Assembly: GCF_000299365.1 (NCBI RefSeq)
Contig: NC_018655.1
Span: forward strand, 1,320,001 to 1,352,000
Direction: 5' to 3'
From: Candidatus Nitrosopumilus koreensis AR1
Lineage (GTDB): Archaea > Thermoproteota > Nitrososphaeria > Nitrososphaerales > Nitrosopumilaceae
Length of the DNA: 32,000 nucleotides
Shown: positions 10,411 to 19,435 of the stretch, piece by piece
Position numbering within the stretch: the first letter of the stretch is position 1
Layout of the letters: every line of letters starts with the position of its first letter
Translations under genes and position numbers: made by a program
The notes under the pieces: model-generated
The model's input: only the letters and a program-made list of their open reading frames with translations
Told to the model about the DNA's origin: nothing
Database searches by the model: none

Positions 10411-10565
10411 GGGGTCGTAGCCTAGCCTGGTAGGGCGACAGTGTCTACGAAAAAAGATCACCGCTAAGGGCTCCAGAGGTAAACTAAGCTAAACTGACTC
10501 ACGGATGATGTAAGTTTGGAGCTGTAGTGACCCGTAGGTCGCCGGTTCGATTCCGGTCGGCCCCA
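10411..10565 (+). tRNA. tRNA-Trp(CCA) with two introns: 10440-10467 (28 nt) and 10477-10529 (53 nt)
   Basis: Spliced 74-nt product GGGGTCGTAGCCTAGCCTGGTAGGGCGACGGGCTCCAGACCCGTAGGTCGCCGGTTCGATTCCGGTCGGCCCCA gives a full cloverleaf; anticodon stem ACGGG/CCCGT forms only if both introns are removed. Confidence 0.9.
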
Positions 10566-10613
10566 CGTCCTCTAGATTTCTTGTCTTACTTTTGTAAAAA
10601 AATAATTGTGTTA

Positions 10614-10632
10614 TCCGGAGTTTTTCTCCGGA
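10614..10632. terminator. Hairpin, possible terminator
   Basis: TCCGGAG-TTTTT-CTCCGGA, 7-bp perfect stem, between tRNA-Trp and the convergent gene. Confidence 0.4.
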
Positions 10633-10663
10633 GTTACGCACAAAAAAAGAAGATTTTGCGGAG

Positions 10664-11101
10664 TTAGTTATGAAAATTCAAGTGACTTTGATCTTTGATA
10701 AACTTTTGTAGTATTTTTTGCTCCTTGCGCACATATTTGATTAGGTCATCCACTGTAGTCTTTTGCGTTACTAAGTTTAGTATTTGCTTTAAAATTCGAA
10801 ATTTTTTTAAGGGATCGGATTCAGCGTCGTAGTTTTTCCAGTATTCTTTTTTGATAACTGGGAGTGTTTCCATTTCATTTTTCTCCTTATTACGAAATTC
10901 ATCAGATAACAGATATTTGATAAAATTTATTCTGTGTTCTCTTAATTTTTTAAGTAATTTATAGAATTTTGTTTTTTCCATAGGATATCCATGGGATTTT
11001 AGATATGCTAGTGATTCAGATTCAGATAATCCTTTATCAATGCAATGTATGATGTGATCCATTCGATCTAATTTGTTGTTGTTTTGTTTCATGAAATACA
11101 T
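10664..11101 (-). CDS. Hypothetical protein, possible N-terminal helix-turn-helix
   Basis: 145-aa ORF; LSESESLAYLKSHGYPMEKTKFYKLLKKLREH looks HTH-like. Confidence 0.5.
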   Translation of the reverse strand: MYFMKQNNNKLDRMDHIIHCIDKGLSESESLAYLKSHGYPMEKTKFYKLLKKLREHRINFIKYLLSDEFRNKEKNEMETLPVIKKEYWKNYDAESDPLKKFRILKQILNLVTQKTTVDDLIKYVRKEQKILQKFIKDQSHLNFHN

Positions 11102-11210
11102 TACAACAACTTTGTTTTGTATTGATTGGTTAATTTTTTGTTATCAAGTAAAGAGATCAAATTGTTTTATGATAAATTGTTGTAGTGAAAAATTCTAAAA
11201 TGAAGTTGGT

Positions 11211-11232
11211 GAGCTAACAGCGAGCTAACAGC
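11211..11232. repeat. Two tandem copies of an 11-mer
   Basis: gagctaacagc gagctaacagc, then gaga. Confidence 0.8.
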
Positions 11233-11448
11233 GAGATAGTAAAAGTTACAATCGGAATTAATCACAAAAACTTTTTTGTTTTTTCCAAAAACTTCTCTTA
11301 AGGAGAATTGTTTGTTTAGTTCAAATCTCCCTATTAATTTAAGTTTGAATTCGACCGGACAAGTAGAGCAAGTTGTCTCTAAAAAAGTCCCATTTATTCC
11401 TAAAATTTTGAAAATTAATGATTGAGAGATTTGGAATGGTGTCAAGGA

Positions 11449-12141
11449 TTAGACAATATTGTCTCGTTTTTCTAAATTATGTTTAGCACAAAGAATTTGT
11501 ATATTTTCAGCAGTTATTGAAGTTCCACCTTTAGAGTGAGGGATTACATGGTCAAAATGCAGGTTTTCTTTAGAACCACATTTAACACATTTTCCTTCAT
11601 CTCTCTTCCAAACTTCTTGTTTTATTTTTGTAGGAATAATACGTCTGTTGTCAAGCTTGGTTTGTTTTCGTGATTCTACTTCTTCAGTAGTTGCTTCAAG
11701 TCTAAATTTGAAAACATTTCGGTTACCGTCTGATTCAGTCCAAGAATCAGTCAAATTGAAAACACCATTGTAAGCCCATATTCCAGGTTTAATTTTTTCA
11801 TAAACTCGAACTTTTTCAGCATCTCTTCTTCCTTTTTTAAAATTTTGAGCTGCGTAATGGAATTTTCCATTACGTGTTAATGTTCCAATACGTGAAGTTT
11901 CAGGTTGATCAACAGATTTAGGATTTTTGACACCCCAATTTTTTGGAACGTCATGGCCTTCATAAATTAAGGTCAATCCATTATCTTTCAATTCATCTTG
12001 ATATGGCGCATTAGGGGCCTGAGACATTAAAATGACAGAATATGTTCCACCAATCTCAAAATTCATTCCATGTTGTAGATGAATACCATTTTCTCGTTTA
12101 ACCATTTCATCATAATCGATAATATCAGTACTCAAAGACAA
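11449..12141 (-). CDS. SRA/YDG-like domain fused to C-terminal HNH endonuclease, candidate modification-dependent restriction enzyme
   Basis: SRA-like VRVYEKIKPGIWAYNGVFNLTDSWTE; HNH: RDEGKCVKCGSKENLHFDHVIPHSKGGTSITAENIQILCAKHN. Confidence 0.75.
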   Translation of the reverse strand: MSLSTDIIDYDEMVKRENGIHLQHGMNFEIGGTYSVILMSQAPNAPYQDELKDNGLTLIYEGHDVPKNWGVKNPKSVDQPETSRIGTLTRNGKFHYAAQNFKKGRRDAEKVRVYEKIKPGIWAYNGVFNLTDSWTESDGNRNVFKFRLEATTEEVESRKQTKLDNRRIIPTKIKQEVWKRDEGKCVKCGSKENLHFDHVIPHSKGGTSITAENIQILCAKHNLEKRDNIV

Positions 12142-12238
12142 ATTTGATAGGGTATCTGTGTTAATATGAATTTCTTACTTTTCATGTTACATTTCAAGAC
12201 ACTAGTTCCTTTTAGTTCGGAGATTCCGTGGTTAAGAA

Positions 12239-12997
12239 TTATTTGTGCATTAATGGATACTGAAAGAAAAATGTTCTTCCTATGCCTGATGATACTGGGT
12301 CCTTTATTTCATCTTCAGGAAGCTCTTGTGTCCATTTGTATGGTTTAGGGTATAATACTTGAACATCTTCATGATTTTGAGAAAATTCTGCAATTGCTAA
12401 ACACTGGCTTTTAGGGCCTATGTTAACAATACAAATATCGTACTCATCATGATGTACTTCATAAATCTCCTCTAGTTTAGCAATAGTTTCATTTGGAGTT
12501 AATGCAGAAACAGAATTGGTTTCTGAACTTTCTAATAGTTTTTTACACTGCTCTATTGTTATTGCATTCCATTTCTCCCGTTCATTGTTTTGCGACGTCT
12601 CGTAAAATGTGATTAAAAGATCTGGGTCAAATTCTTCTACAACAGATTCTGCCCTACGTGATTCCCATCCCAAAAACATAATCATTAAGACTTTTTTTGA
12701 TTGATCAGGAATACCAGGATAGTTTGGAAGAATGATTATTTTTTCTAAACCTTGTGAAAAATTCATTGTGTATTCTTGTGGCTCTGAGTAAAGAATGTCT
12801 GATTGCTTGTTGTGAAGTAAAGTTATGTTCAAAAGGGAATACAAGAACAACCTGGTAAATGATGTAATATCGATCAGAATGCTTTCACTGTTTTTCACAT
12901 ATGCATTTATTGTTTCATTAAATCGCTTTGGATTATCTGGTTCATTATTAATCGTAATTATTTCTCCTTCTACTATTTCCTGCAGTATTACCATCAT
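12239..12997 (-). CDS. Defence-associated hypothetical protein, C-terminal portion; probably one gene with 12994-13185
   Basis: 252-aa ORF; its frame is open upstream into the A7 run at 13017-13023. Confidence 0.6.
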   Translation of the reverse strand: MMVILQEIVEGEIITINNEPDNPKRFNETINAYVKNSESILIDITSFTRLFLYSLLNITLLHNKQSDILYSEPQEYTMNFSQGLEKIIILPNYPGIPDQSKKVLMIMFLGWESRRAESVVEEFDPDLLITFYETSQNNEREKWNAITIEQCKKLLESSETNSVSALTPNETIAKLEEIYEVHHDEYDICIVNIGPKSQCLAIAEFSQNHEDVQVLYPKPYKWTQELPEDEIKDPVSSGIGRTFFFQYPLMHK

Positions 12998-13185
12998 GCG
13001 ATTTTGATTTTCTTTATTTTTTTCTCTAATTTTGGTTCTTCTGGATGGAATAAATTTAGGATTACATTTTTTACAGTTGTTTTGCCCTTTATTTTTTCCA
13101 AACTTCCTAATGTCCTATCTTCAAACCCTGCCGAGATTATCAAAAGATCGTAATTTTCTTTGATTTGTTGATTTAGCACACTCAT
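12994..13185 (-). CDS. N-terminal fragment of the same protein (GFEDR motif)
   Basis: YDLLIISAGFEDRTLGSLEKI; overlaps the downstream end of the ATPase-SIR2 ORF by 4 nt. Confidence 0.6.
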   Translation of the reverse strand: MSVLNQQIKENYDLLIISAGFEDRTLGSLEKIKGKTTVKNVILNLFHPEEPKLEKKIKKIKIA

Positions 13186-15509
13186 TTTGACCCCCCTACT
13201 AGTTTTTCATGAATTGAACTAATCAAAACATCTCCTCTAATATTCAAAGGTAAGATCTTTTTTGCTTTGAGAACATTCATCTTTTCAATTGGTCCTTCAA
13301 GAACTGTTGCATATGATGTAAGTTTGAATTCCCCTTGATGTCTGTTTATTAAATGAAAAATTGTCTTGAAGTCTAGATCGGACATACTATACCCTATAAA
13401 CAGGAAATTCTTTCGTAGGAATGTATCTTTAAGTGCATTAATTATTCCGGGTCTTGTATTGTCTTCATCTAAAACATCTCCATCTGTAATTACAAACATT
13501 TCTGGATTGTTAAAATCTCCATGAATTTTGTAAACTAAAGTACAGTCGTTAGTAGCTAATGGAATTGATTCATCTCGTGTTATTTTTTGAATTTTGTGAC
13601 CTTTATTAGACAAAGCATCTTCTATCGAAGTATCCCAGTTAGTTGTAAAAATTATCTTTACCCCTAAATCTGCCAATTTACTATAGGATTTAGATTCCTT
13701 TTGTTTTGATTGTTCTAATACTGATTTGATAAATCGAATGACATCTACTCTGCTTCTTTTTGTAATTGCTCTTTCTGCAATGGTAGATAGATCCTCTCCT
13801 GTATATTCAATACGAAAATGTTTTGCAATACTTCGTGCTAATTCTCCTCCTGTAGGATATCCAAGTTCTGTAGACAATCCAGAACCAATGAAAATTGCTA
13901 ATTCATCTTTTTTAATATGGTCTACAATTTCATCAACTACACCCAAATGCGGAATTAAAGTTTCTGAAGATTGTATGGGTTGAATTTTCTTTTCGCCAAA
14001 TTCTATTTTTGTGCCTGAAATAATACTTCTTTTATCTACTAAATTTTCTAAATCTTGTGCAGTTATTTCTTTGACTTGATGAGTGGTAAGCGGTAAATCA
14101 AAGTAAGGCAGTAAATCGTTGTTGAGGGTGATGGACAATAGTTTAATCTTATCTCTAGAATATCTCTCGAAAGAAGGAGCCATTAAATAAGAACGTTTGA
14201 TTGCAATAGACAGAATTTCAAGAGTTTCTTTTGAGATGTTCTCTGGATCTTTGATTCCTATCTGTAAATAATTTCTTTTAGTATTTCTAAGATAATTTTG
14301 GAACCATAATCCTATTTTGAGGATTAATGCACGAAATAGATAAACTGAGATTGCAGGAATATAATCAATTCCATCCATTTGTTCACGTGCAAATTCTTTT
14401 ACAGCAATTTGTTGAACTTTACGAGGAATATACCGCGTACTCCCATCCCACTTTGAGATTGTCATGTAAAGTAAATCCAAAAAGGTTTTAGCATTTCCAC
14501 CAGATAAAATAACAAAATTAGTCAATCCAGAATAATCTGGTTTTTCATCTTCATTTTTCGAAGACTTTGGTTCTCCGTCTAATAATTCCTCAATAGTGGT
14601 ACCAGTATTCTCTAATCTCTTATTCACCATAAGTTTAAAGAATTTTTGCAGTTCAGTCTGTTCAGGGGAACCAGGAGTAACATTACGTGCTCCAATATTT
14701 ACAACTTGATAGTCTTGTGAAAAATCCAAATACATACCACCTGTAACTCGAGATGTTGTTAGTCCTACAGGCAATGATGCTATTTTGAACAAGGGTTTTC
14801 TTACCGAAATGATGTCTGAAAGTACTTTTTGTTGGTATTCACTTAATTCATGATATTCATCTAATAAAACTACCAGCATCTTTTCTTCAAACTCCTTTAT
14901 TGATTCTTGTAAAAAATTCTGAATTTCGGCTAACTGTGAGGTGTCTGTACATTCTTCAACAATCGTACTGGTTATGTTTGTTTTTCGAATATCTCTAATT
15001 TTGGCCCTAATAGCTTTTCTGATTTCGTGAAACTTTGATTCGGATGTCAAACTAAAAATTTCTTTTATTTCATCACATACAGTCTCCTCTTCATTATTAG
15101 TAACAACAAAAAAATTTTTTTCTTTAATCAACGCTAATTGTTTTGTTAGAATTTCACAAACAGTCAGATTAAACAAATGAACAAAACGTTTTTTCCAAAT
15201 GTTCTGAGGATTTCCATGTTCATCAAGAATTTCTTTTTCACTGCCGAAATAATGTTCGTTACACCTAAGATAAATTCCCAGATAAGATTTGTCATAGTCA
15301 TTCAATTTTTCCTGATTAAATCGTTCAATTTGAACTGGAAATGAAAGATAATTCAATACCATGGATTTGCCTGCCCCTTTTGGCCCCATAAGATACACAG
15401 TATCCCTATCAATAATTTTGGAAAAATCAAGTGAGGGAATGAACAATGCAGATATTTCTTTAGGATTTAGTCTTTCAGCTTTTGTAATTTTTAAATCTAT
15501 GCCAGACAA
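13182..15509 (-). CDS. P-loop ATPase - SIR2 domain fusion, candidate anti-phage effector
   Basis: Walker A VYLMGPKGAGKSMVLNYLS; Walker B-like MLVVLLDEYHE; SIR2: LAIFIGSGLSTELGYPTGGELA, IIFTTNWDTSIEDAL, LVYKIHGDFNNPE, FLFIGYSMSDLDF. Confidence 0.88.
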   Translation of the reverse strand: MSGIDLKITKAERLNPKEISALFIPSLDFSKIIDRDTVYLMGPKGAGKSMVLNYLSFPVQIERFNQEKLNDYDKSYLGIYLRCNEHYFGSEKEILDEHGNPQNIWKKRFVHLFNLTVCEILTKQLALIKEKNFFVVTNNEEETVCDEIKEIFSLTSESKFHEIRKAIRAKIRDIRKTNITSTIVEECTDTSQLAEIQNFLQESIKEFEEKMLVVLLDEYHELSEYQQKVLSDIISVRKPLFKIASLPVGLTTSRVTGGMYLDFSQDYQVVNIGARNVTPGSPEQTELQKFFKLMVNKRLENTGTTIEELLDGEPKSSKNEDEKPDYSGLTNFVILSGGNAKTFLDLLYMTISKWDGSTRYIPRKVQQIAVKEFAREQMDGIDYIPAISVYLFRALILKIGLWFQNYLRNTKRNYLQIGIKDPENISKETLEILSIAIKRSYLMAPSFERYSRDKIKLLSITLNNDLLPYFDLPLTTHQVKEITAQDLENLVDKRSIISGTKIEFGEKKIQPIQSSETLIPHLGVVDEIVDHIKKDELAIFIGSGLSTELGYPTGGELARSIAKHFRIEYTGEDLSTIAERAITKRSRVDVIRFIKSVLEQSKQKESKSYSKLADLGVKIIFTTNWDTSIEDALSNKGHKIQKITRDESIPLATNDCTLVYKIHGDFNNPEMFVITDGDVLDEDNTRPGIINALKDTFLRKNFLFIGYSMSDLDFKTIFHLINRHQGEFKLTSYATVLEGPIEKMNVLKAKKILPLNIRGDVLISSIHEKLVGGSK

Positions 15510-15790
15510 GTGAATTTGTTAAAAGTCAAAAATAATTAAAGTTTCTTATTTTCACAACCTGTGAATGAATGATTTAACTAATTCAAAATCTTTTGAGAAG
15601 ATTTGGTTTGTAGATGTTCCACAATTTGTCATCAACCAGATAAAATTCATTTAATTAAATATCATGGTTAGTTACTAATCTGTTAAATTCCAGATACTAT
15701 TTTGGGTCATTTTTAGTTCTCTCATAGAGCATAGATGTTTTAGTTCAATACCCTCAAAATCAAATTATAAGAAATTGAAGTTTTAGAATC

Positions 15791-18118
15791 TTATTTATTT
15801 CTCAAAACATTAAGAGCAGAACCAGCTTTGAACCACTCAATCTGAGATTGGTTGTAAGAATGATTCAACATGATTTCTTCTTTGTTTCCATCACTGTGTG
15901 TAATGATACATTTGACTTGTTTGTGGGGTTGCAGATTATCCAAATCAACCAAACTAATTTTATCATCTTCGAGAATCTTTTCATAATCATCAGGGTTGCT
16001 AAATGTCAATGCCAACAAACCTTGTTTTTTCAGATTCGTCTCATGAATTCTAGCAAGGCTTTTTGTAATTACTGCAGCACATCCCAGATACCTAGGAGTC
16101 ATTGCTGCATGTTCTCTACTACTTCCTTCACCGTAATTGTTATCGCCAATTATCACCCATCTCATCTGTTTTTCTTTGTACTGTCTTGCAATGCTTGAAA
16201 ATGGTTCAAGCTGGCCATTTAGAATGTTCTTGCCTTTGCCAACTTCATCATCAAATGCATTAACTGCACCTAGCAACATGTTATCACTAAGATTATCCAA
16301 GTGTCCTCGCAAAGAAAGCCATGCACCTGCAGGAGAGATATGGTCTGTTGTACACTTTCCTTTAGCTTTTACCATTATTGGAAGCTCTTCAAAGTCTTTG
16401 CCATCCCATTTTGGGAAAGGTTCGAGTTTTTGGAGTCGTTTACTGTTAGGATCAATAATTACTTCAATATCATCAGAATTCTCAGGTGGTGCAACAAAGA
16501 TTCCTTCAGGTCTCATAAATCCCCGTTCTGGAACTTCAGGAGCAGGTTTTGGAGGCTCTAGTTTGAACTTTGTTCCATCAGCTGCAGTCAATTCATCAAC
16601 TAGTGGATTAAAGGATAGTCTTCCGCCTAAAGAAAGTGCAATAATCATTTCAGGACTTCCAATGAAGTTCAGTGTGTTGCGGTGTCCGTCATTTCGTCCA
16701 GGGAAATTTCTGTTAAAGGTTGTGACTATGGTATTTTTCTCATCATTATCTAATTCAGGTCTACTCCATTGACCAATGCATGGACCACATGCATTTGCAA
16801 GAACAGTTGCACCAATGTCTTTTAGAGAATCCATTTGTCCATCACGTTCGATTGTTCCTCGAATTTGTTCAGAACCAGGAGTAACTAGTAATGGAATTTT
16901 TGCCTTGATTCCTTTTTGTTTTGCTTGCTCTGCCAAGCTTGCAGCCCTTGACATGTCCTCATATGATGAGTTTGTACAACTTCCAATTAGTGCAACAGAA
17001 ATTGGATCAACATAATCATTTGATTTTACATCATCAGCTAGTTTGGAAATGGAACGTGCCAAGTCAGGGGTGTGAGGCCCTACGATGTGAGGCTCCAGAG
17101 TCGAGAGGTTAATTTCAATTACCCTATCAAAGAATTTTTCAGGATTTTCTTCAACTTCAGGATCAGCTACAAGGGAATCTTTGTTCTGATTTGCAAGTTC
17201 TGCAATGTCACTTCTGTTTGTATGTTTTAGATAAGTTTCCATTCTCTCATCATATGGGAAGATAGAACATGTTGCACCAATCTCTGCACCCATGTTGGTA
17301 ATGGTTGCCTTTCCAGTACAACTAATTGATTTTGTTCCAGGACCAAAGTATTCAACAATGGAGTTGGTTCCACCTGAAACTGTAAGTTCTTCAGCTACTT
17401 TTAGAATGATATCTTTTGGAGCAGTCCAGCCGTTTAGCTCACCTGTTAATTTTACACCTATTCTTTTTGGGTACAGTAATTCCCAAGGCAGTCCGGCCAT
17501 TGTTTCAGCTGCATCCAGTCCACCAACACCTATTGCAATCATTCCCAATCCACCTGCGTTTGGAGTGTGTGAATCAGTTCCAATCATTAATCCACCAGGG
17601 AAAGCATAATTTTCAAGAACCACTTGGTGAATGATTCCGGCACCTGGTTTCCAAAAACCACATCCGTATTTTGCAGCAGCTGATTGCAAGAATTTGAACA
17701 CTTCACTATTCTCATCAAGGGAGACTTTCATGTCAACATCTCCTTGTACTTCAGCTCGAATCAGATGATCACAGTGTACAGTTGTTGGCAGAGATGTTTG
17801 TTTGAGTCCAGCTTGCATAAACTGCAACATTACCATTTGTCCTGTTACGTCTTGTAATGCAACTCTGTCAGGTTTCAAAAAGACATAGTCTTTCCCACCA
17901 GCGAAATTTGTATCATCAATTTCATTAAAATGTCCTGATAAGATTTTTTCAGTAAGTGTTAGTGGTCTGCCAGTAACATTACGGAATTTGGCGATATTTT
18001 CTTTTAATTTAGCATAAACACCGGAAACAAGTTCTGGAGTAGAATCAACATTCACAGTATGCAAAGAATGCATCCCGAATTTAATATTTACAATTAGAAA
18101 ATTGGAAAATAAACGCAT
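15791..18118 (-). CDS. Aconitate hydratase (true start possibly the internal Met at 18073)
   Basis: IGTDSHTPNAGGLGMIAIGVGG, LIGSCTNSSYEDM, ANACGPCIGQW, GDNNYGEGSSREHAAM. Confidence 0.93.
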   Translation of the reverse strand: MRLFSNFLIVNIKFGMHSLHTVNVDSTPELVSGVYAKLKENIAKFRNVTGRPLTLTEKILSGHFNEIDDTNFAGGKDYVFLKPDRVALQDVTGQMVMLQFMQAGLKQTSLPTTVHCDHLIRAEVQGDVDMKVSLDENSEVFKFLQSAAAKYGCGFWKPGAGIIHQVVLENYAFPGGLMIGTDSHTPNAGGLGMIAIGVGGLDAAETMAGLPWELLYPKRIGVKLTGELNGWTAPKDIILKVAEELTVSGGTNSIVEYFGPGTKSISCTGKATITNMGAEIGATCSIFPYDERMETYLKHTNRSDIAELANQNKDSLVADPEVEENPEKFFDRVIEINLSTLEPHIVGPHTPDLARSISKLADDVKSNDYVDPISVALIGSCTNSSYEDMSRAASLAEQAKQKGIKAKIPLLVTPGSEQIRGTIERDGQMDSLKDIGATVLANACGPCIGQWSRPELDNDEKNTIVTTFNRNFPGRNDGHRNTLNFIGSPEMIIALSLGGRLSFNPLVDELTAADGTKFKLEPPKPAPEVPERGFMRPEGIFVAPPENSDDIEVIIDPNSKRLQKLEPFPKWDGKDFEELPIMVKAKGKCTTDHISPAGAWLSLRGHLDNLSDNMLLGAVNAFDDEVGKGKNILNGQLEPFSSIARQYKEKQMRWVIIGDNNYGEGSSREHAAMTPRYLGCAAVITKSLARIHETNLKKQGLLALTFSNPDDYEKILEDDKISLVDLDNLQPHKQVKCIITHSDGNKEEIMLNHSYNQSQIEWFKAGSALNVLRNK

Positions 18119-18209
18119 TAGGCATGCAAATTCTTAACAATTATAAGCCAAAAGCAGCTTTCTATTTCATTGTTGGGGAGTTACATGTTTTTAGAATTGA
18201 GGTGTAAAA

Positions 18210-18842
18210 ATGGTCAATAAGGGTTTCCCAAAATTTGGTATGTCTCAAGCAGGTGCATTTGTTGCAGCCTTGAAAAATTACAATTTACCTGATTTCATTT
18301 TGGTACTTGTTGCCAAAGAGTGCAAGTCAGAGCTTCTAGAAAGAGGAAGAATAGATGACAGATTACAAAGTATGAATGATGATGCATTAGAATTATTGCA
18401 TAAAGTGTTTGTAGGTTGTGAAGAAGATGATGCAGGAAAATATGCCCAGTACAGATTCTATGCATATGTCTCAAGCATGTACCACAAATGCGAAGTTTTA
18501 GTTAATGAAACAATTCCTGGTGCAACAGGCAAAAATCACAAAATTCCTGTTGCAGTTAAAAATAACGGAATGTATATCGCAGTTGCATACAACAAAGCAA
18601 CTGGCAATCCAGTAAACAAGAAAGAAACATCAAGATTCTATGAAATGGTAGATGATATCAAGAAAGGTGATCATGGGACCATGCTAACTGATGCAATTTA
18701 TGGCTCATCAGTAGGATTTAGAGGAGACGCACTAGTTGAATTGGAAGAATTGAGCAAATCAAGAGATGATGATCCTGAAAACAAATTAGATTTCAAAACT
18801 GCAAACTTTGAAAATAATATCTACTCTGTAACAAAGTGTTAA
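18210..18842 (+). CDS. Conserved-looking hypothetical protein
   Basis: 210-aa ORF; no recognised domain. Confidence 0.65.
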   Translation: MVNKGFPKFGMSQAGAFVAALKNYNLPDFILVLVAKECKSELLERGRIDDRLQSMNDDALELLHKVFVGCEEDDAGKYAQYRFYAYVSSMYHKCEVLVNETIPGATGKNHKIPVAVKNNGMYIAVAYNKATGNPVNKKETSRFYEMVDDIKKGDHGTMLTDAIYGSSVGFRGDALVELEELSKSRDDDPENKLDFKTANFENNIYSVTKC

Positions 18843-18851
18843 TTTAAAAAA

Positions 18852-19418
18852 TCACAATTTTAGTTCTGAAGTGTCCATTGTTAGAAACATTGGTTTTCCG
18901 TCAGTTCTTTTGAAATGTTCATCATACTGTTCAAATTCTAATTGTTCAAAGAGATGTTTTGTCCAGATATCATGAACTTCTCTAGGATGTTTTTTGTGTC
19001 CTAGTTGTCTTAATTGTTCATGAAGTATTTCATGAGATACAGTAGTACAATTTTTTTCTGCAAGGAACAATTCATCATCTGATTCTTTTAGTGGTTGCCA
19101 AAAGACCATTCCAAAATTTTCAGAATGATATCCTTCACATGTACAGTCAGTCCACATTGGTCTGAAATGAGTCAGATAGAAATGATAGATGTCTTTTCCT
19201 CTTTGGTCATGATCACGCAACAGAGTATGTGTGTCAAGTCTTTGCAAGATACTCGTAGGCTTTGTGATCATTTCATCACATCTAACTTCATAATCCTTGC
19301 CAAACTTTTCTTTAATCCATACCTTGAAGAACTGGCTCATTTTTTTGACATATTCAAACTCAAATTGTCGCTTTTCGCGTTCTTCTTCTTTTACTACAAA
19401 AATAAAGTGTAGAATCAT
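18852..19418 (-). CDS. Hypothetical protein with HExxH-like segment, possible metallopeptidase fold
   Basis: VSHEILHEQLRQLGHKKH. Confidence 0.5.
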   Translation of the reverse strand: MILHFIFVVKEEEREKRQFEFEYVKKMSQFFKVWIKEKFGKDYEVRCDEMITKPTSILQRLDTHTLLRDHDQRGKDIYHFYLTHFRPMWTDCTCEGYHSENFGMVFWQPLKESDDELFLAEKNCTTVSHEILHEQLRQLGHKKHPREVHDIWTKHLFEQLEFEQYDEHFKRTDGKPMFLTMDTSELKL

Positions 19419-19435
19419 AATAAGAAAAAAGGGTG

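Noticed and set aside
10411-10565. Class-II tRNA (Leu/Ser-like) reading with ACAGT/GCTGT anticodon stem and long variable arm GACC-CGTA-GGTC
   Set aside because: It gives no valid Leu/Ser anticodon loop; removing two introns yields a perfect tRNA-Trp instead.
11167-11445. 92-aa plus-strand ORF
   Set aside because: No recognisable protein features and low-complexity AT-rich sequence; likely spurious.
12994-13023. Programmed -1 ribosomal frameshift
   Set aside because: Not excluded, but three homopolymer-located breaks and a 454 linker in the same window make indel error the simpler explanation.
10566-15790. attL/attR duplication of the tRNA-Trp 3' end
   Set aside because: Searched by eye for ggttcgattccggtcggcccc and found no second copy in the window.
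16137-16772. 211-aa ORF antisense to aconitase (and other long antisense ORFs in 15848-17634)
   Set aside because: Shadow ORFs opposite a strongly conserved coding gene.
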